A stretch of DNA of 64,000 nucleotides, from the NCBI GenBank assembly GCA_023205875.1, contig CP060763.1:620001-684000 (forward strand). Reading direction: 5' to 3'. The position numbers and the translations under genes are program-made. The notes beneath the pieces are model-generated. The model worked only from the letters and a program-made list of their open reading frames with translations. It was not told the DNA's origin and did no database searches. Position 1 is the first letter of the stretch, and each line of letters opens with the position of its first letter. Below, in pieces: positions 1 through 11,987 of this stretch. This stretch comes from Chloropicon primus. Taxonomy: Eukaryota.

Positions 1-732
1 CCTCCTCCCGAGGCACACCCCTCGCGCACCACGCCCACCTCCCACCACGCACCTCCCCTCCGCCGTCTTCATGACCCTTCCCTCCACTTCCTTGCGCAGC
101 AACAACCCAACAAACAAAACACCTCCCCTCCCTTCCCCTCCCCTCCCCTTCCTCCAGCCGTCGCCCAGATCCCTCCCCTCACCGCCCACGACGACGACAA
201 GCCAGCAAAAGGTATCAATCGAAAGCTCTCGAGAAGCACTTTTCTTTGGTGGAGGCCCCTCTCGCCCCTCCCTCCCTCCTCAAACGCACGCGCGCGCGGA
301 AAACGTGCCGGCCCGCCGATCGATCACGATCGCCTCCGCTTCGAAAGCCAATTTGGATAAGAGAGCAGCAGAGGAGAGATACTGGAGGTGACCGCAGGTG
401 AGTCAGGGGACAAGGCAGGAGGGGAAGGGCTACAGAGAGGGAGGGAAGGGGGAAACACGGAACCGACGCCTCCCATCTCTTGATCTCTTGCTCGCGCTCT
501 CTCGAAAGAGCTCTCCCTTGGAAGGACGGGACGACTGAAGCGCGAGTGGTTGTTTTCTTTCTGCTGCTGCTGCTGATGATGATGATGACGTTGATGATGG
601 TTGCGAGGAGGTAGGGGAGAAGGAGGGGCGTGGCCTCGCGGGCTGCAGGGAAGGGACGGAGGAGTCGTGCGCACGGGAGGCGAGGTGGGAAGGTTGCGCG
701 GAGACGGAGGCGGGCGGACGGAGAGGTCAGGT

Positions 733-1838
733 ATGGTGGCACCTCGCCACTGGAAGTGCGGTGGAGTTGTCCGGGAGGCAGGGGGGTTCGGAGGAGGGAT
801 GAGGGTCGTGCACGGGTCAGTGAGGAGGCGGAGGACGGGGGGGAGGCCAGGGGTGTGCTTCTTCGTGGAGAGCAGGGCGACGACGGGGTCGTCTGCTGGA
901 CAGCGGGGGGGTTCGGGGGGCAGCCGGACATCCAAGGTGGTGGTGAAGACGGTGCAAGAGCCTGTGGTGAGCGCGAGACCCGCCGCCGGCGTCACGGGCT
1001 TGGGGCTCATCAACACCGCGCTCCTGGCGGTAGCAACCTCCGCCTTCGTTGCCGCGAGCTGGACCTTTCGGTCGACCATGAAGACGTTCGACCAAGCTTG
1101 CTTGGACACTACGGAAGCCATGAGGGCGACGGAGAGGGCCTCCAAGGAGGTCGAGATCCTGTCGCTTCAGCTGGAAAGGGAAATTCCAGAGACCTTGTCG
1201 TCCGTGGAAAGCGCCTCCGAGGAGCTCGAGGTTCTCGCGCAGGGTCTGCAGTTCATCACGGGGTCCGTCAACAAGAGGATACGGGAGCCCGTCCAGGACG
1301 CGGTGGCGCTGACGGTGGACACTTCGACCAACGTGATGAAGAGAGTTCCGAACGACTTGCAGTTCGTCTCCGAAGTGGCCACGACGGTGCTGGCGGAGTG
1401 GAGAGCAAGGCTTGGCGACACCATCGGAAATATAGACACGGGCTACTTCAGGCAGAAGGCAACGACCAAGGCGCAGAGGGAAGCCATAGATTGGATAGCG
1501 TCCTGGAGGGCAAGGACTGCGGCGATGGAGGAGGAGGCTCAGGAAGCGGAGGACTCGGGTTCGGAAATCCCTGCCCCGCCAGCGGAGGAGGTCATCCCGA
1601 GAAAGGAATTGGTAAGAAGTTTCGTTTCGTTGTTTGCTTTTTACAGGGTCCGGAAGCTGACACACGCCGCCGCAACAATTGTACTTTCTTCTTCGCAATG
1701 ATTCCCTGCTAGGCCGAGAACAAGGTCGCGATGGCTCTCTCTGCCGCGGAAGATGCTGCGGCGCAAGCTGAGATCGCTTCTGGCCGGCTGGAAAAAGCGA
1801 TGCTAGAATACGAGTCCCTCTCGAGTTACAGCGAGTAG
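733..1838 (+). CDS. Putative plastid membrane/coiled-coil protein, DUF948-like (exons 733-1611, 1713-1838)
   Basis: ATG at 733 followed by an R/G/S-rich transit-peptide-like N-terminus, one hydrophobic segment (LINTALLAVATSAFVAASW) and an amphipathic helix (LEREIPETLSSVESASEELEVL) resembling cyanobacterial/plant DUF948-type proteins. Phase-0 GT-AG intron 1612-1712 joins in frame to a 42-codon last exon ending TAG 1838. Confidence 0.6.
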
Positions 1839-1852
1839 GACCCCCCGTCCCT

Positions 1853-4697
1853 TCAACTGCTGAAAAACCTCAGCTTTCCGTCATATGTTGCGGCCACGAG
1901 CTGGGGGTGGATGGGATGGAAGCAAACATCCCCCACGATGTCACTGATGCCTTGGCGGAGCTTACGTATAACGGTGCCCATCCGGACGTCGTACAGATAC
2001 ACGACCTGTGTGGAAGGAAGCCAAAAACAAAAAACAAAAAATTGTTTCGTTAGCACCACGTAGTAAACAACCTCTGTGAAAGGAGGAGAAGGGATTGTAC
2101 ACTTGTAATTTCAGAAACATGCAAGAGCAAAGACCCTACCTTGTCCTCTGACCCGCACGCGATGTACTTCATGCACGGGCTGAAGCGCACGCCGATCGGG
2201 TTCTGGCGGTTGAGATGCCCGGCGAAACATCTCACGCTCCTTGGTGACCTCAGGTCCCACAGCTTGACGCTGCTGTCGCTCGCCGCAGAGAGGAAGAGCT
2301 CGTGTGCACTCCTGTCGTGGGACACGTAAGGGGAGGTGGAGTTCAGCATGATGCTGTGTATCGCCCGAGAGTGCGCATTGTCCATCCGCCGGACGAGGGC
2401 ACAGGCGTCCGCATCGAAGACCTCAATGGATTTTGCCGAGGTGCCCGCCACGAGCAAGTTCGAGATGAATCCGTTGTGGCAGTCGAAATTGGTAACGCTC
2501 TGGGACTCTGTGGACAGCTCCAGTATGTGAGAGTGCGTCCTCGCCTGGTGCAGCCTAGCGATGTCGTCCGTCTGCTTCTTGGGGCCGAGGTCGTATTTGA
2601 AAAAGTGCAGCTTGTTCATGCACGCCAAGACGACGAGCTTGTCCAGGTGGAAGAACCTCGCGGCCTTGATATCAGACTTGAATCCTTGGGCCACCTTGCC
2701 CTTCTTGCCCGCACTGGGACCCTCGATCTGGATCAGGGCTTGGGACTTCTTGACGCTCCAGAGGCAGGCCGTGCGGTCCAAGGACCCCGTGAGGATCAAA
2801 TTGCCGCTGTGGTTCCAAGACGCGTCCAAAACAGGGCCGCCGTGACCTAGGAAAGTTTCTCCGTCCCCCCTGTGCTTGGCCAGGGGGAGCCTCAGGGTCC
2901 TTACGGTCTTGTCGACCGATGCCGTGGCAAGGCGGCTGCCGTCGGGGCAGAACCTCACCCTCAAGATCGGGGCGCTGTGCACGGCAGCATCGTTGTCCAG
3001 GGCGTGGTGATCTTGGAAGGTGTGAACGGGCTCGCAATCCATGGGGTACGATTTCAAAAGCCTCCCGCTCTTCAGGTTACTGCTGGCCCTCTTCACCAAA
3101 GTCCTCGATTGGACCTGCTTCCCCAAGAACTTCAGTGGCTCGACCTTCCCGTACCCAGACGACTTGATCCTCGAGTGGAACGTTACGGGCTTGTTTCCTG
3201 AGCGTTGAGTCTTCCCCAAAGACTTTTTCCTGGTGGCGCTCTCGTAAGAGGACACCGAGGAGTCGTGTTTGTTCTCCTTCTCGATTGCCTGGTACAGCTT
3301 CGAAAGCCTCTTCGGGGGACTCGTTGGGAATACAGAGACTTTGCTTGCTTCCCCCCCCTCGCCCTCGTTGCCGTGGCTCTCGACTCCGAGGCCCACCATC
3401 CGCCCAGTAAGGAAGCCTTCCTCCCCCTCCTGACCATGGCCATCCTCCAGGTGCGCGACCGTCACCACGTTAATCACCGGCGTGAAAGCGCTGCCGATGC
3501 AGATGGTCACGAGGCCGTGGCTCCTGTTGTCGGCCACGAAGAGCCTTGGGGTGTCGATGTCGATCTCCCTGCAGTTCCGGTAGCTGTACTCGGAGAACGG
3601 AACGATTGTGATGATGTCGTAGGTGTACGCGTCCACGATGATGAGCATTTGGGTCGTGCATGCGATCACTTTCGGCGAGACCGGCAGCAGGTCTTTCCCC
3701 TCGGACCTGTCCTCCGTTTTTATATAGTACAATTCCGATACTGATGAGACGCAAGCCATGCCAATCTGCTCCGTCGGCTTCCACTTGCCATGCCGGCGAC
3801 TATCCCCAGTCGTCGCCGCTGCCACTGATTCGGCGCCGCCCTTGGTGATGACTTGGACCTGCCGCCCCTCCTCCTCGAGGCCTTTGTCTTGGTTGACAGG
3901 CTCACCGAACTTCCTCCTTACCGCCAGGGGGATGTCCAGCCCTTGGATGAGCTGGTAGGAAGGAGACATCAGATCGAAGAAGCGCACCAGGCCGTCGGTC
4001 GAGCCGATCGCCATCCTGGGGAAGGTTGGGTCTATCGCAAGGCAGACGAAGGGGCTCGCGCCGTACATGCTCGACTCGTACGCGAGCTCCCTCCTTTCAA
4101 GGTCCCACACCTTGAAAGTTCTGTCGTCGCTCGCGGTGATGACCTGATCGCAGCACTGCTTCGTGTGGAACTGAAGTGCGTTGACTTGCAGAGAGTGCCC
4201 GTCCAGCCTCATGATCAGGCACTGCCTCTGGAGACTGTAGATGAGAACGTCAGAGTTCGAGGCCGCCGCGAGCCACCTCAGGTTCTCGTCCGTCCGAAGG
4301 TGAGACACGACGCAGTCCTCGGGAACTTCGAGGGATTTGCAGTCCGCCCCCGACCCCCTCTCCATCGCAGCGTAGCACTCCTCGATGTTCCAGCAGTGGA
4401 CCTTCCGCCTCGTGGCGGCAAAGAGCCTCTTCTCAAGGAGGACATCGCCCCGGCCTCTATGGCCCGGAAGGCTTCCCAAGTGCAGGGCGTTCACTCCCTT
4501 CCTCCCCACCCTCTGCCCCGGGACAACCAACTCGTGCACCAACAGCTTCAATGGCGGGGCACTGACCTTCTTCAAGCTGCAGACGTAAACGACCTCCTGC
4601 CCTTCGGCCGCATACGCCAGGTACGTCCCGTTCGTGGCCACCAAGTCTTGCTGGGCCCTCGTGCTCACAGAGGCAGTCAGCTCCGCTCTCACCAGTC

Positions 4698-4701
<4 letters not shown>
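1853..4701 (-). CDS. WDR27: WD repeat-containing protein 27 homolog (exons 4701-2140, 2005-1853)
   Basis: Multiple WD40 repeats; the central 'NKPVTFHSRIKSSGYG' motif and the C-terminal 'FSPCMKYIACGSEDK|VVYLYD...FHPIHPQLVAATYDGKLRFF' match WDR27. Intron 2139-2006 (GTAGG...ACAG) restores the last repeat in frame. ATG directly follows a (GA)n tract. Confidence 0.85.

Positions 4702-4746
<45 letters not shown>
4701..4746. repeat. (CT)n/(GA)n microsatellite abutting the WDR27 start codon
   Basis: Uninterrupted tctctc run of about 45 nt; gives the spurious ERERER N-terminal ORF extension. Confidence 0.95.
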
Positions 4747-4749
<3 letters not shown>

Positions 4750-5325
4750 GATCCACAAGCACAAGCTCACGAGACGGAACGAACCCCTACGAAGATGGAA
4801 CGCCTGGACGACGTGTCTGAGGCCAAGGCACCGCTCCACGCTTGCCCTTCAGCCAGATCTCTCCCTCCCTCTCTGTTGCGTTAGGTTGTCCTCTCTCTCT
4901 AACTCTGTCTAACTCTTTCTAGCTCGTGGTTGGAACACCCAATGCTTCGAGTGAGGGCGAGCGGATCGATCGAAAGGCCTCGAGACGGCACGGTTTCGTT
5001 CTCCTTGGCACCAACGACCTCGCTGAGCGTGGAGCCCCTCCGCTCCGCTCCGCTTCTTCAAAGGTCTCCCCTTGGGCTGGGCTGTCCCGAGGAGGATTCG
5101 TATACACGGACCAACGGAGGAGCGGCCAGGGCGAAGGAGAGGCCGAGGAGGACGAGGAAGGAGAGGCGGAGGAGGACGGGAGGGGGGAGGAGGACCGAAC
5201 AAGCGGAAGCATCGTCTCTTGGTCTTTCGTTCGAGCCCTCGCTCGAAGCGAACGATGCTCTGGTGAGGACTAGAGACACGGGAAGAGGAGAGAGAGAGAG
5301 AGAGGCGCAACACGGCGTCGTAGCG

Positions 5326-6975
5326 ATGGTGATGGAGGATACGGTGGGAGGGTTGGGGGAGGCGGTGTCCTACCTTCGGAAGCTGCTGTTGTGGCCGGAG
5401 GAGTTCAAGGAAGCGGGGGAGAGGCTGGGAGTGACCTGGCCGACGGGATTGTTGCTGTTCGGTCCGCCGGGGACGGGAAAGTCTGTGGTGGTGGGCGCAG
5501 CTTGCAGGGAAGTGGGTGCGCACTTGTGCACTCTCTCTCCGTCGTCGGTGTTCGGGTCTTTCGTGGGCGAGAGCGAGAAGAAAGTGAGGGACATTTTCGA
5601 GGCCGCGGACGACCTCGTCGAGAGCGGGAAGAGCGTGGTCCTCTTCTTCGACGAGATTGACGTGCTTTGCCCGAGGAGGGACAGGAGCGGGCCCTTTGAG
5701 TGCAGGCTGGTCGCACAGATACTCACCCTGATGGACACCTCCATCGCCAAGGTGGTGTACAACAGGAAGATTGGGAAGCGGACGGGCGTGCTTCTCCTCG
5801 TGGGGGCCACCAGCAACCAGAACGCGGTGGACCCCGCGATACGCAGGCCAGGGAGGATGGAGAAGGAGATCGGCCTCGCCATGCCCGACGAGGAGGAGAG
5901 GGTGGACATCCTGAGGATCTACTTGAAGAAGATCCCGATGTCGGACGAGGTGTCGGGAAACATGGCCGGCCTTGCCGCTCTATGCTCCGGATTCACTGGG
6001 GCCGACATCGCCGTCCTGTGCCACGAAGCGGCCCTGGTGGCCATGGAGAGGGAAGGGGAGGGAGAGGGCGGTGAGGTTCAGGTGAGGTTCTCCGATTTCG
6101 AGGCGGCGAGGGTGACGGTGCGCCCCACAGTGACCAGGGGGGTCGCCAGGGAAGCGGACAAGGTTTCTTGGGACGACATCTGCGGCCTGGGCGAGGTGAA
6201 GGAGCAGCTCATCAGGGTGGTGCAGTGGCCCATACAGCACCCAGAGGCGTTCAAGCGCCTCGGCCTGCAGCCGTTCAGGGGGGCCATGCTCTATGGCCCG
6301 CCGGGCTGCTGCAAGACCAAGCTCTGCCAAGCCGCGGCCTGCACAGGAGGCATTCCCATGATATCCCTGTCCTGCGCTGAGGTCTTGAGCATGTACGTTG
6401 GAGAGAGCGAGGAGAAATTGAGGAACTGCTTCGTTCAAGCCAGGCTATCGGCTCCTTCGATTATTTTTCTGGACGAATTCGATGCCTTTTGCACCAAGAG
6501 GTCCGGCGCCGACTCGGGCAGCTCCGTTGGCGACAAGCTGCTCGCTACGTTTCTCACAGAGATGGATGGGCTGGAACAAATAAGCGGCGTGATCGTTCTG
6601 GCCGCGACCAACAGACCCGATGAAATCGACGAAGCTTTGCTCAGACCGGGAAGGTTTGACATGCTCCTGTACGTGCCGCCGCCGAACGCAGAAGAGAGGC
6701 TCCTCCTGCTGAATTACCTGACAAAAGGCATGAAGTTCAAAGGTAGCGGAGTTCAGCTGGAAAGCCTGGCGGAGAGGACCGAGGGGTTCACCGGCGCGGA
6801 GCTGGAGGCTTTGTGCAGGGAAGCTTACATGATTGCGTCCTCGAGCTGTGGAGGGGAAGATCACCAGGTGGAAGTACTGGAGGAGGGGCACTTTGAAGAC
6901 GCGTTACTTGGGATGACACCCATGCTCTCCGAGGAAGAAATTAGGAATTACGAGCGTTTCCGCACCAAAAGATAA
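5326..6975 (+). CDS. CDC48B: Double AAA+ ATPase, CDC48B / AFG2B (SPATA5L1)-like
   Basis: Two AAA domains: GPPGTGKS/FFDEID/RRPGR and GPPGCCKT/FLDEFD/LLRPGRFD. No N-domain, as in plant CDC48B. Start chosen at the first ATG in frame (5326). Confidence 0.8.
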   Translation: MVMEDTVGGLGEAVSYLRKLLLWPEEFKEAGERLGVTWPTGLLLFGPPGTGKSVVVGAACREVGAHLCTLSPSSVFGSFVGESEKKVRDIFEAADDLVESGKSVVLFFDEIDVLCPRRDRSGPFECRLVAQILTLMDTSIAKVVYNRKIGKRTGVLLLVGATSNQNAVDPAIRRPGRMEKEIGLAMPDEEERVDILRIYLKKIPMSDEVSGNMAGLAALCSGFTGADIAVLCHEAALVAMEREGEGEGGEVQVRFSDFEAARVTVRPTVTRGVAREADKVSWDDICGLGEVKEQLIRVVQWPIQHPEAFKRLGLQPFRGAMLYGPPGCCKTKLCQAAACTGGIPMISLSCAEVLSMYVGESEEKLRNCFVQARLSAPSIIFLDEFDAFCTKRSGADSGSSVGDKLLATFLTEMDGLEQISGVIVLAATNRPDEIDEALLRPGRFDMLLYVPPPNAEERLLLLNYLTKGMKFKGSGVQLESLAERTEGFTGAELEALCREAYMIASSSCGGEDHQVEVLEEGHFEDALLGMTPMLSEEEIRNYERFRTKR

Positions 6976-7094
6976 ATGCAACGACAAGGGAGACAAGTGA
7001 AAAGCTTTGGCAGATGATGACCACTGATTTGTAAATTTAGTCTTAATGTATATTATCAAACATTCTTTCTTCTTCAAGTCGGCGGGGTACAACC

Positions 7095-10000
7095 TCAAAA
7101 TGGGCCCGCGACCATTCCAGCTTCGAGCTCCTTCAGCAGATCAGAGTACGAGCTGTCCTCCTGCAAATTCTTGATGAACACGGACCACAGTGCACGGTCG
7201 TCACGGAACATGTTGAGCAAAAGGGGAGACCTGCGAAGGATGGTCGCCAAGACAATCACCCATTCGGTGAGGCCGGCAGCCCTGAAAGCTTCCAGGAGCA
7301 ACTCTGAGTCGGCGAGGCTGATGAGCCTGCTCGTGTCTCCCGAAGCAACAAAGGCCGATTCGATTTCCTTGATGGCTTGCTTGAACGAGGTCAGCTTCGC
7401 CACGCCGTTCTTCTCCTCCATCAAGAGCGGCACAATGTCAAACCCAGATTTGTGGATGAAAGTCGCCAAGTCTTGGAGCCGCCTTGACGCGATGAGCGCC
7501 GCGGCGTGCGTCGACAAGAACTTGTGCACTGCGGCTTTGAGGAGCCTCTCTCTCTCATTCGTCGAAGAAAGCGGGGTGAACGATCCGAATATTTGGCCGA
7601 ACCAGGACCCCTCGTTCTCCTTCTCCTGCTGGGCATTGCTCATCATGTCCCTGGCGGACCTCACGAGGAACCTCACAAGCTCCCCGGTGAGATCGTACTC
7701 ACCCTCCTGCAGGGTCTCCTGCAGCAAGTTCAGGGCGCACTCTTGTCCCAGGTCGGGCCCTTCGATCGTTTCTACGATCACCAAAAACCCCGCCGCGGTG
7801 CTGTAAGACCTGTACTCCAGGGCCTTTTCGAACAAAGCGCATGGCTTCCCAGATTGGGAGAACAAGAGTTTCCAGTGCACTGGATCGATCTTCCTTGCGA
7901 CCCTCACGACAACGTCCACAAAGATCGAGAAATCTTGAATGAGGTCGATAACGCCCTCCAACGTGTAAAGGCTCTTGTTGTTCGCCCCCTTGATTTCTCT
8001 CTCCGCTTCCAACATCGAGTACTCCTTTTCTAGAACTGTGAAGACTAACCACTCGAGCGAGTGGGAGAAGTGGGGGTGGCGAGTGGACCTCGAGATGAGT
8101 TTTCTGGCCTCCTCCTTTGCCCCCTGATTCAGCAGGTATCGCACCAAGGGAGATAAGAGGGGCTGGGTCTTCGGCATGGGGCTGAACCCGTGGGATCTGT
8201 CGCTTGGAATGTTCGAGCAGTGCTGAGATATACCAACGATGGAGTTGATGTTAGGACACAAACTCAATGGGTACACCTCCTTGTCGAACTCCAGCTCTAG
8301 GTCCGTGTCCTGAATATCCGTCCCCACCATCTTGTTCTCACAGACGAGGTGCAACACCCTCTCTATGTCCAGAATGTTGATCCCCCTCGCTCCGTAGGTC
8401 CACATGAGGCCCTTGTTGAAGGACTCCCAGCTGTCCGCCCAAAAGTGTTCGACCTTGTCCAGGATCCCCTTCTCGCTTCCTGTCTCGAGATCGAGGTGGC
8501 AGAGCTGACCGTCCATGTGCAGAATGATGCAAGCTTTGGGGGCACTACCCCCCTTCGCAGGCGAAGGGACAAAGGAAACCGTGATTGGCACGGGCCTCAT
8601 GGTCACGATGCAGACCTCCTTGACAATCTCCACCCTGGCTTTTGGCCTGGCTGAAGGATCGAGCTTGCCTTCCACGACAACACGAAGCACGGCCGCTTCG
8701 AGCTTCCCGATCTCTCCGGAGAGGACGATGATGCAGTTCTCGTGGGAGTTCATAGCCCTTGGGACCGAGTTCAGCCTCTTGGTCACCAGCAGGGACGTGG
8801 CATCCAAGTGGTACTTTGGATAAAATCGCAACTGGACGGAGTTTTGGACATGCTGCCCCGAAGGATCTTCAAAGTACGACGGGCGTTTCTTGCAAGAAGT
8901 GACGCACAGCATGATGATGTCCTGAACCCAAGTTAGGCTGTGACACTTGATCTCGGCCTCTTGATTCACGTCCCCGAACATTCGCCACCGTTTCTGCTTC
9001 ATGTTGTACAAGACCACGCCCCTTTCCCCGCTGACCGCGATGTCCGTGCTGTCCCTGCTCACCGCAAGCTCTTTCGCTGGCCAGTTTGCAGCAACATACG
9101 TCTGAGGAAGCATAAGGTGCTGCAGGACGGGCTTCTCGGTGTTGCCCACCACGTCCGAGCCGAAGATACACAATACCCTGTCGTCTCCCAGCAAGCAGGC
9201 GGCTGGCACAGACAGCATGGTGTTCTGGCTCGCGTGCATTGGGGTTGAGTTGAGTGCCACCCTGGCGAAGGAGAACGTGAGGAGTTTCGAGGGGTCCTCT
9301 TTCGAGTTTGCCAGGAGCTGCAGACCTTCCGGGCTCCAGCACAACACTCTCTTGGCCCCGCCGCTTCCTCCTTCCCTTGTATGGCTTTTGTGCCCCCGGC
9401 CTCGACCTTCCAGGTGATACATCAGTCTGCATCCAAACGATGTCCAGACGGAAAGGCCCGCCTTCTCCCACAGCACGGCCATCACTTTGCTGTCCTCTGT
9501 CCACTCGATAGCCTGGACGACGCCGGACGTTTGTCCGGTGTACCCCCACTCGGCCAGGGAGAGCGTCCTCAGCTTGTGGTAGCTCAAATCGGCATTGATG
9601 GCATACAGGTGCACGTTGCCGCACTGCGTGCCGATGGCCAGGGCGTGCGACATTGGCGAGAGGGCCACGGATGTGATGACCTCACTGCGGGGAGCCACGA
9701 TCCAGCAGAAGGAGCTCGAGCTCGACTTCAGTCGGAGGCCCTCCCCAGAGAAGGTGTACAGAGCACACATCCCGTTCTTCAAAGCGATGAGCATCATTCT
9801 CTTCGACTTGCAGTACTGGAGCTGCGTGACGCACTGCGGATTTTCCAGCGCGTTGTCTCCCTCGTAGCCCTTGCTGGGCGGCAGCAGCAGCAGCTTCGCT
9901 TTTTGGTACCCGTCCCAGTTGTACGCCACGAGCTCTCCGTCAGAGCAGCCGAGGAGGATAGTCTTCTCGTCCAGCAGCAACGCCGAGGGCCTAATCGTGC

Positions 10001-10415
10001 TACATTGGAACTGGGCCCTCACCGTGATCAGGACGCTTGAGAACTTCTGGCCAATGCTGGAGCTCACCGTTGGTGGCACCGCCTCCTTCCTCGCGTTCTC
10101 GACGAGGTTGAACACGTAGATCGTTCCTCTCTGCGTGAGAACCACCAGCGCCTGCTGCTTCGCGTTCCAAGCGGCCTTGGTGAAGCTTCCCTCCTGCTTC
10201 CTATCGCCCTCGGTCGCCTCAAAGGAACCCAGCTTCACTCTTCCTTTCTTCCCCCTGGACCACACCTGGATGGACCCCTCCTTCACCACCACCGTCACCT
10301 TGCCCGCTGCCACCAGGCCCAAGACACCACCTCCCTCCGAGGTCGACGACGTGGAGCACTCGCCCGAGTCCCCCCCCGTTTCCGTCACCATAGGCCATCC
10401 GTAAGCGATGTACAT
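7095..10415 (-). CDS. RIC1: RAB6A-GEF complex subunit RIC1
   Basis: Conserved N-terminus MYIAYGWP, beta-propeller region, 'WRMFGDVNQE', and RIC1 domain 'HFSHSLEWLVF...VVRVARKIDPVHWKLLF'. Confidence 0.9.
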   Translation of the reverse strand: MYIAYGWPMVTETGGDSGECSTSSTSEGGGVLGLVAAGKVTVVVKEGSIQVWSRGKKGRVKLGSFEATEGDRKQEGSFTKAAWNAKQQALVVLTQRGTIYVFNLVENARKEAVPPTVSSSIGQKFSSVLITVRAQFQCSTIRPSALLLDEKTILLGCSDGELVAYNWDGYQKAKLLLLPPSKGYEGDNALENPQCVTQLQYCKSKRMMLIALKNGMCALYTFSGEGLRLKSSSSSFCWIVAPRSEVITSVALSPMSHALAIGTQCGNVHLYAINADLSYHKLRTLSLAEWGYTGQTSGVVQAIEWTEDSKVMAVLWEKAGLSVWTSFGCRLMYHLEGRGRGHKSHTREGGSGGAKRVLCWSPEGLQLLANSKEDPSKLLTFSFARVALNSTPMHASQNTMLSVPAACLLGDDRVLCIFGSDVVGNTEKPVLQHLMLPQTYVAANWPAKELAVSRDSTDIAVSGERGVVLYNMKQKRWRMFGDVNQEAEIKCHSLTWVQDIIMLCVTSCKKRPSYFEDPSGQHVQNSVQLRFYPKYHLDATSLLVTKRLNSVPRAMNSHENCIIVLSGEIGKLEAAVLRVVVEGKLDPSARPKARVEIVKEVCIVTMRPVPITVSFVPSPAKGGSAPKACIILHMDGQLCHLDLETGSEKGILDKVEHFWADSWESFNKGLMWTYGARGINILDIERVLHLVCENKMVGTDIQDTDLELEFDKEVYPLSLCPNINSIVGISQHCSNIPSDRSHGFSPMPKTQPLLSPLVRYLLNQGAKEEARKLISRSTRHPHFSHSLEWLVFTVLEKEYSMLEAEREIKGANNKSLYTLEGVIDLIQDFSIFVDVVVRVARKIDPVHWKLLFSQSGKPCALFEKALEYRSYSTAAGFLVIVETIEGPDLGQECALNLLQETLQEGEYDLTGELVRFLVRSARDMMSNAQQEKENEGSWFGQIFGSFTPLSSTNERERLLKAAVHKFLSTHAAALIASRRLQDLATFIHKSGFDIVPLLMEEKNGVAKLTSFKQAIKEIESAFVASGDTSRLISLADSELLLEAFRAAGLTEWVIVLATILRRSPLLLNMFRDDRALWSVFIKNLQEDSSYSDLLKELEAGMVAGPF

Positions 10416-10929
10416 CCTGCCGAGTGCTCCTTCCTCGATGAAAACCCAAGACAAGCAAGCCTCAACACCTCCACCAGCTTGGACTTGGGTTCGTAATCCT
10501 CGTGCCACCCCTCCTCACCGACCGACCGACGAGTCTTGCAAAAGCACAAGAGACGCACGCCGATCAAGGGAACCTGTGAACCCTTCTAGAACATCCTCCC
10601 TTCCCCTCGGGCCTCGCCGCTCGCCTCGTCTCCGTCTCCCTTCCCTTGATCCCTCGCCTTGATCATCAAGCGCGCGCGATCTCCTCTGCTCTTGCCTCTG
10701 TGCGCTGGGCTTGACTTCGGACCAAGGCGACGGAGGGTGTGTGGAGAGGGAGAGAGAGGGGACGTGGACGGGCGTTAGGGCCAAGGAGAGTACGACGGAC
10801 GGAAGCGTCGTGGCTTCGTCTTTCGAAAGAGCTCTCGCTCGAAGGAAGCGGCGCTCTGAGGAGGAACTGACGTAACGAAAAAGAGAACGACGACGAAAGG
10901 AGAGGAAGAGGAAGAGGAAGGGGAAGAGG

Positions 10930-11886
10930 ATGCTGAGGACGGCGACGAGGGCGAGCGGAGTGTTCGCCAGTGGGGTGAGGAGCTTGGACGCCCTCTTGAG
11001 CGAACTGTGCGGGACGAGGAAACCGTTTGGCTCGCTTGCGGCGAACGGGAAATGCTCGTACGACAAGGGAGAGGTTGAAGGGAGGAATGCGGCGACGGCG
11101 ACGGCGACGACGACGACGGCACGGTACTTGACGAGCGCTCCGGCCGCAGTGGAGTCCGAGGAGGGCGGGACCAAATACGCAGTGGAGAATAAGAAGGTTC
11201 ACGGATTGGGAAGGCTGGCGGCGAAACTGGGTCAGCCCGTGGTAGACGTTTGCACGCTCCAAGCGGTGCCTCGCCTGACGACGAACAAGTACGAGGTGAA
11301 GCGGCTGAGGAGGGACAGACTCGTGCCGGCGGTTCTCATGCCCGTGAGAAACACGCAGAAGAAGGGGACGGTCCTTCTGACCCTCCAGGACAGGGAGATA
11401 GAGCGCCTGCTGAAGAGGCACAAGAGCGAGTACGCCAAAGCGCAGCTGATCAAGCTCGTGGTGCCCAAGGAGGAGACGGGACACTTCGAGGGCTGGGTGG
11501 ACGGCCAGACTAGCGATGGCGATGGGTTGATCCACGCCGTGTTCAGGACGTTCGACTTCCATGTGGTGACTTCCGACACCCTTAGCGTAACCCTTCAGCA
11601 CTGCCCGCCCGGGGAGCAAGTTCGAATGAGGATCCCCGTCTCCATCATTGGGGAGGACGCTTGCTCCGCGATGAAGAAGAACGGGTACCTTTACCCCGTC
11701 CGGCCCTTCGTGGACTGCGTGGTGGATGCGAACGAAATCCCTCCCTCCATCGAGTACAACATAAGCAGTATGACCATAGGCAACAGCATTAGGATCAAGG
11801 ACTTGGAGTTTCAGGACGGCGTGAAGAAACTGCTCGGAAAGTCGAGCAACCCCCAAGAGACTCTGTACAAGATGATTAAGCTTTGA
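10930..11886 (+). CDS. rpl25: Organellar (probably mitochondrial) ribosomal protein bL25/Ctc
   Basis: Mitochondrial-type presequence, then 'VKRLRRDRLVPAVL' L25 domain and TL5 C-terminal domain ('IPVSIIGEDAC...IPPSIEYNISSMTIGNSIRIKDL'). Confidence 0.85.
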   Translation: MLRTATRASGVFASGVRSLDALLSELCGTRKPFGSLAANGKCSYDKGEVEGRNAATATATTTTARYLTSAPAAVESEEGGTKYAVENKKVHGLGRLAAKLGQPVVDVCTLQAVPRLTTNKYEVKRLRRDRLVPAVLMPVRNTQKKGTVLLTLQDREIERLLKRHKSEYAKAQLIKLVVPKEETGHFEGWVDGQTSDGDGLIHAVFRTFDFHVVTSDTLSVTLQHCPPGEQVRMRIPVSIIGEDACSAMKKNGYLYPVRPFVDCVVDANEIPPSIEYNISSMTIGNSIRIKDLEFQDGVKKLLGKSSNPQETLYKMIKL

Positions 11887-11987
11887 TTCTTCCTCGGTTA
11901 ACAATACTTAACAATTATTTCATGTAACTTATGGTTTATTGCACACACACACGCGGACACGAGAGAAAACATTTTCCTCTTCCCTTT

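Noticed and set aside
1..730. ORFs in the first 700 bp
   Set aside because: Low-complexity pyrimidine/purine tracts typical of promoter/UTR sequence; no coding signature.
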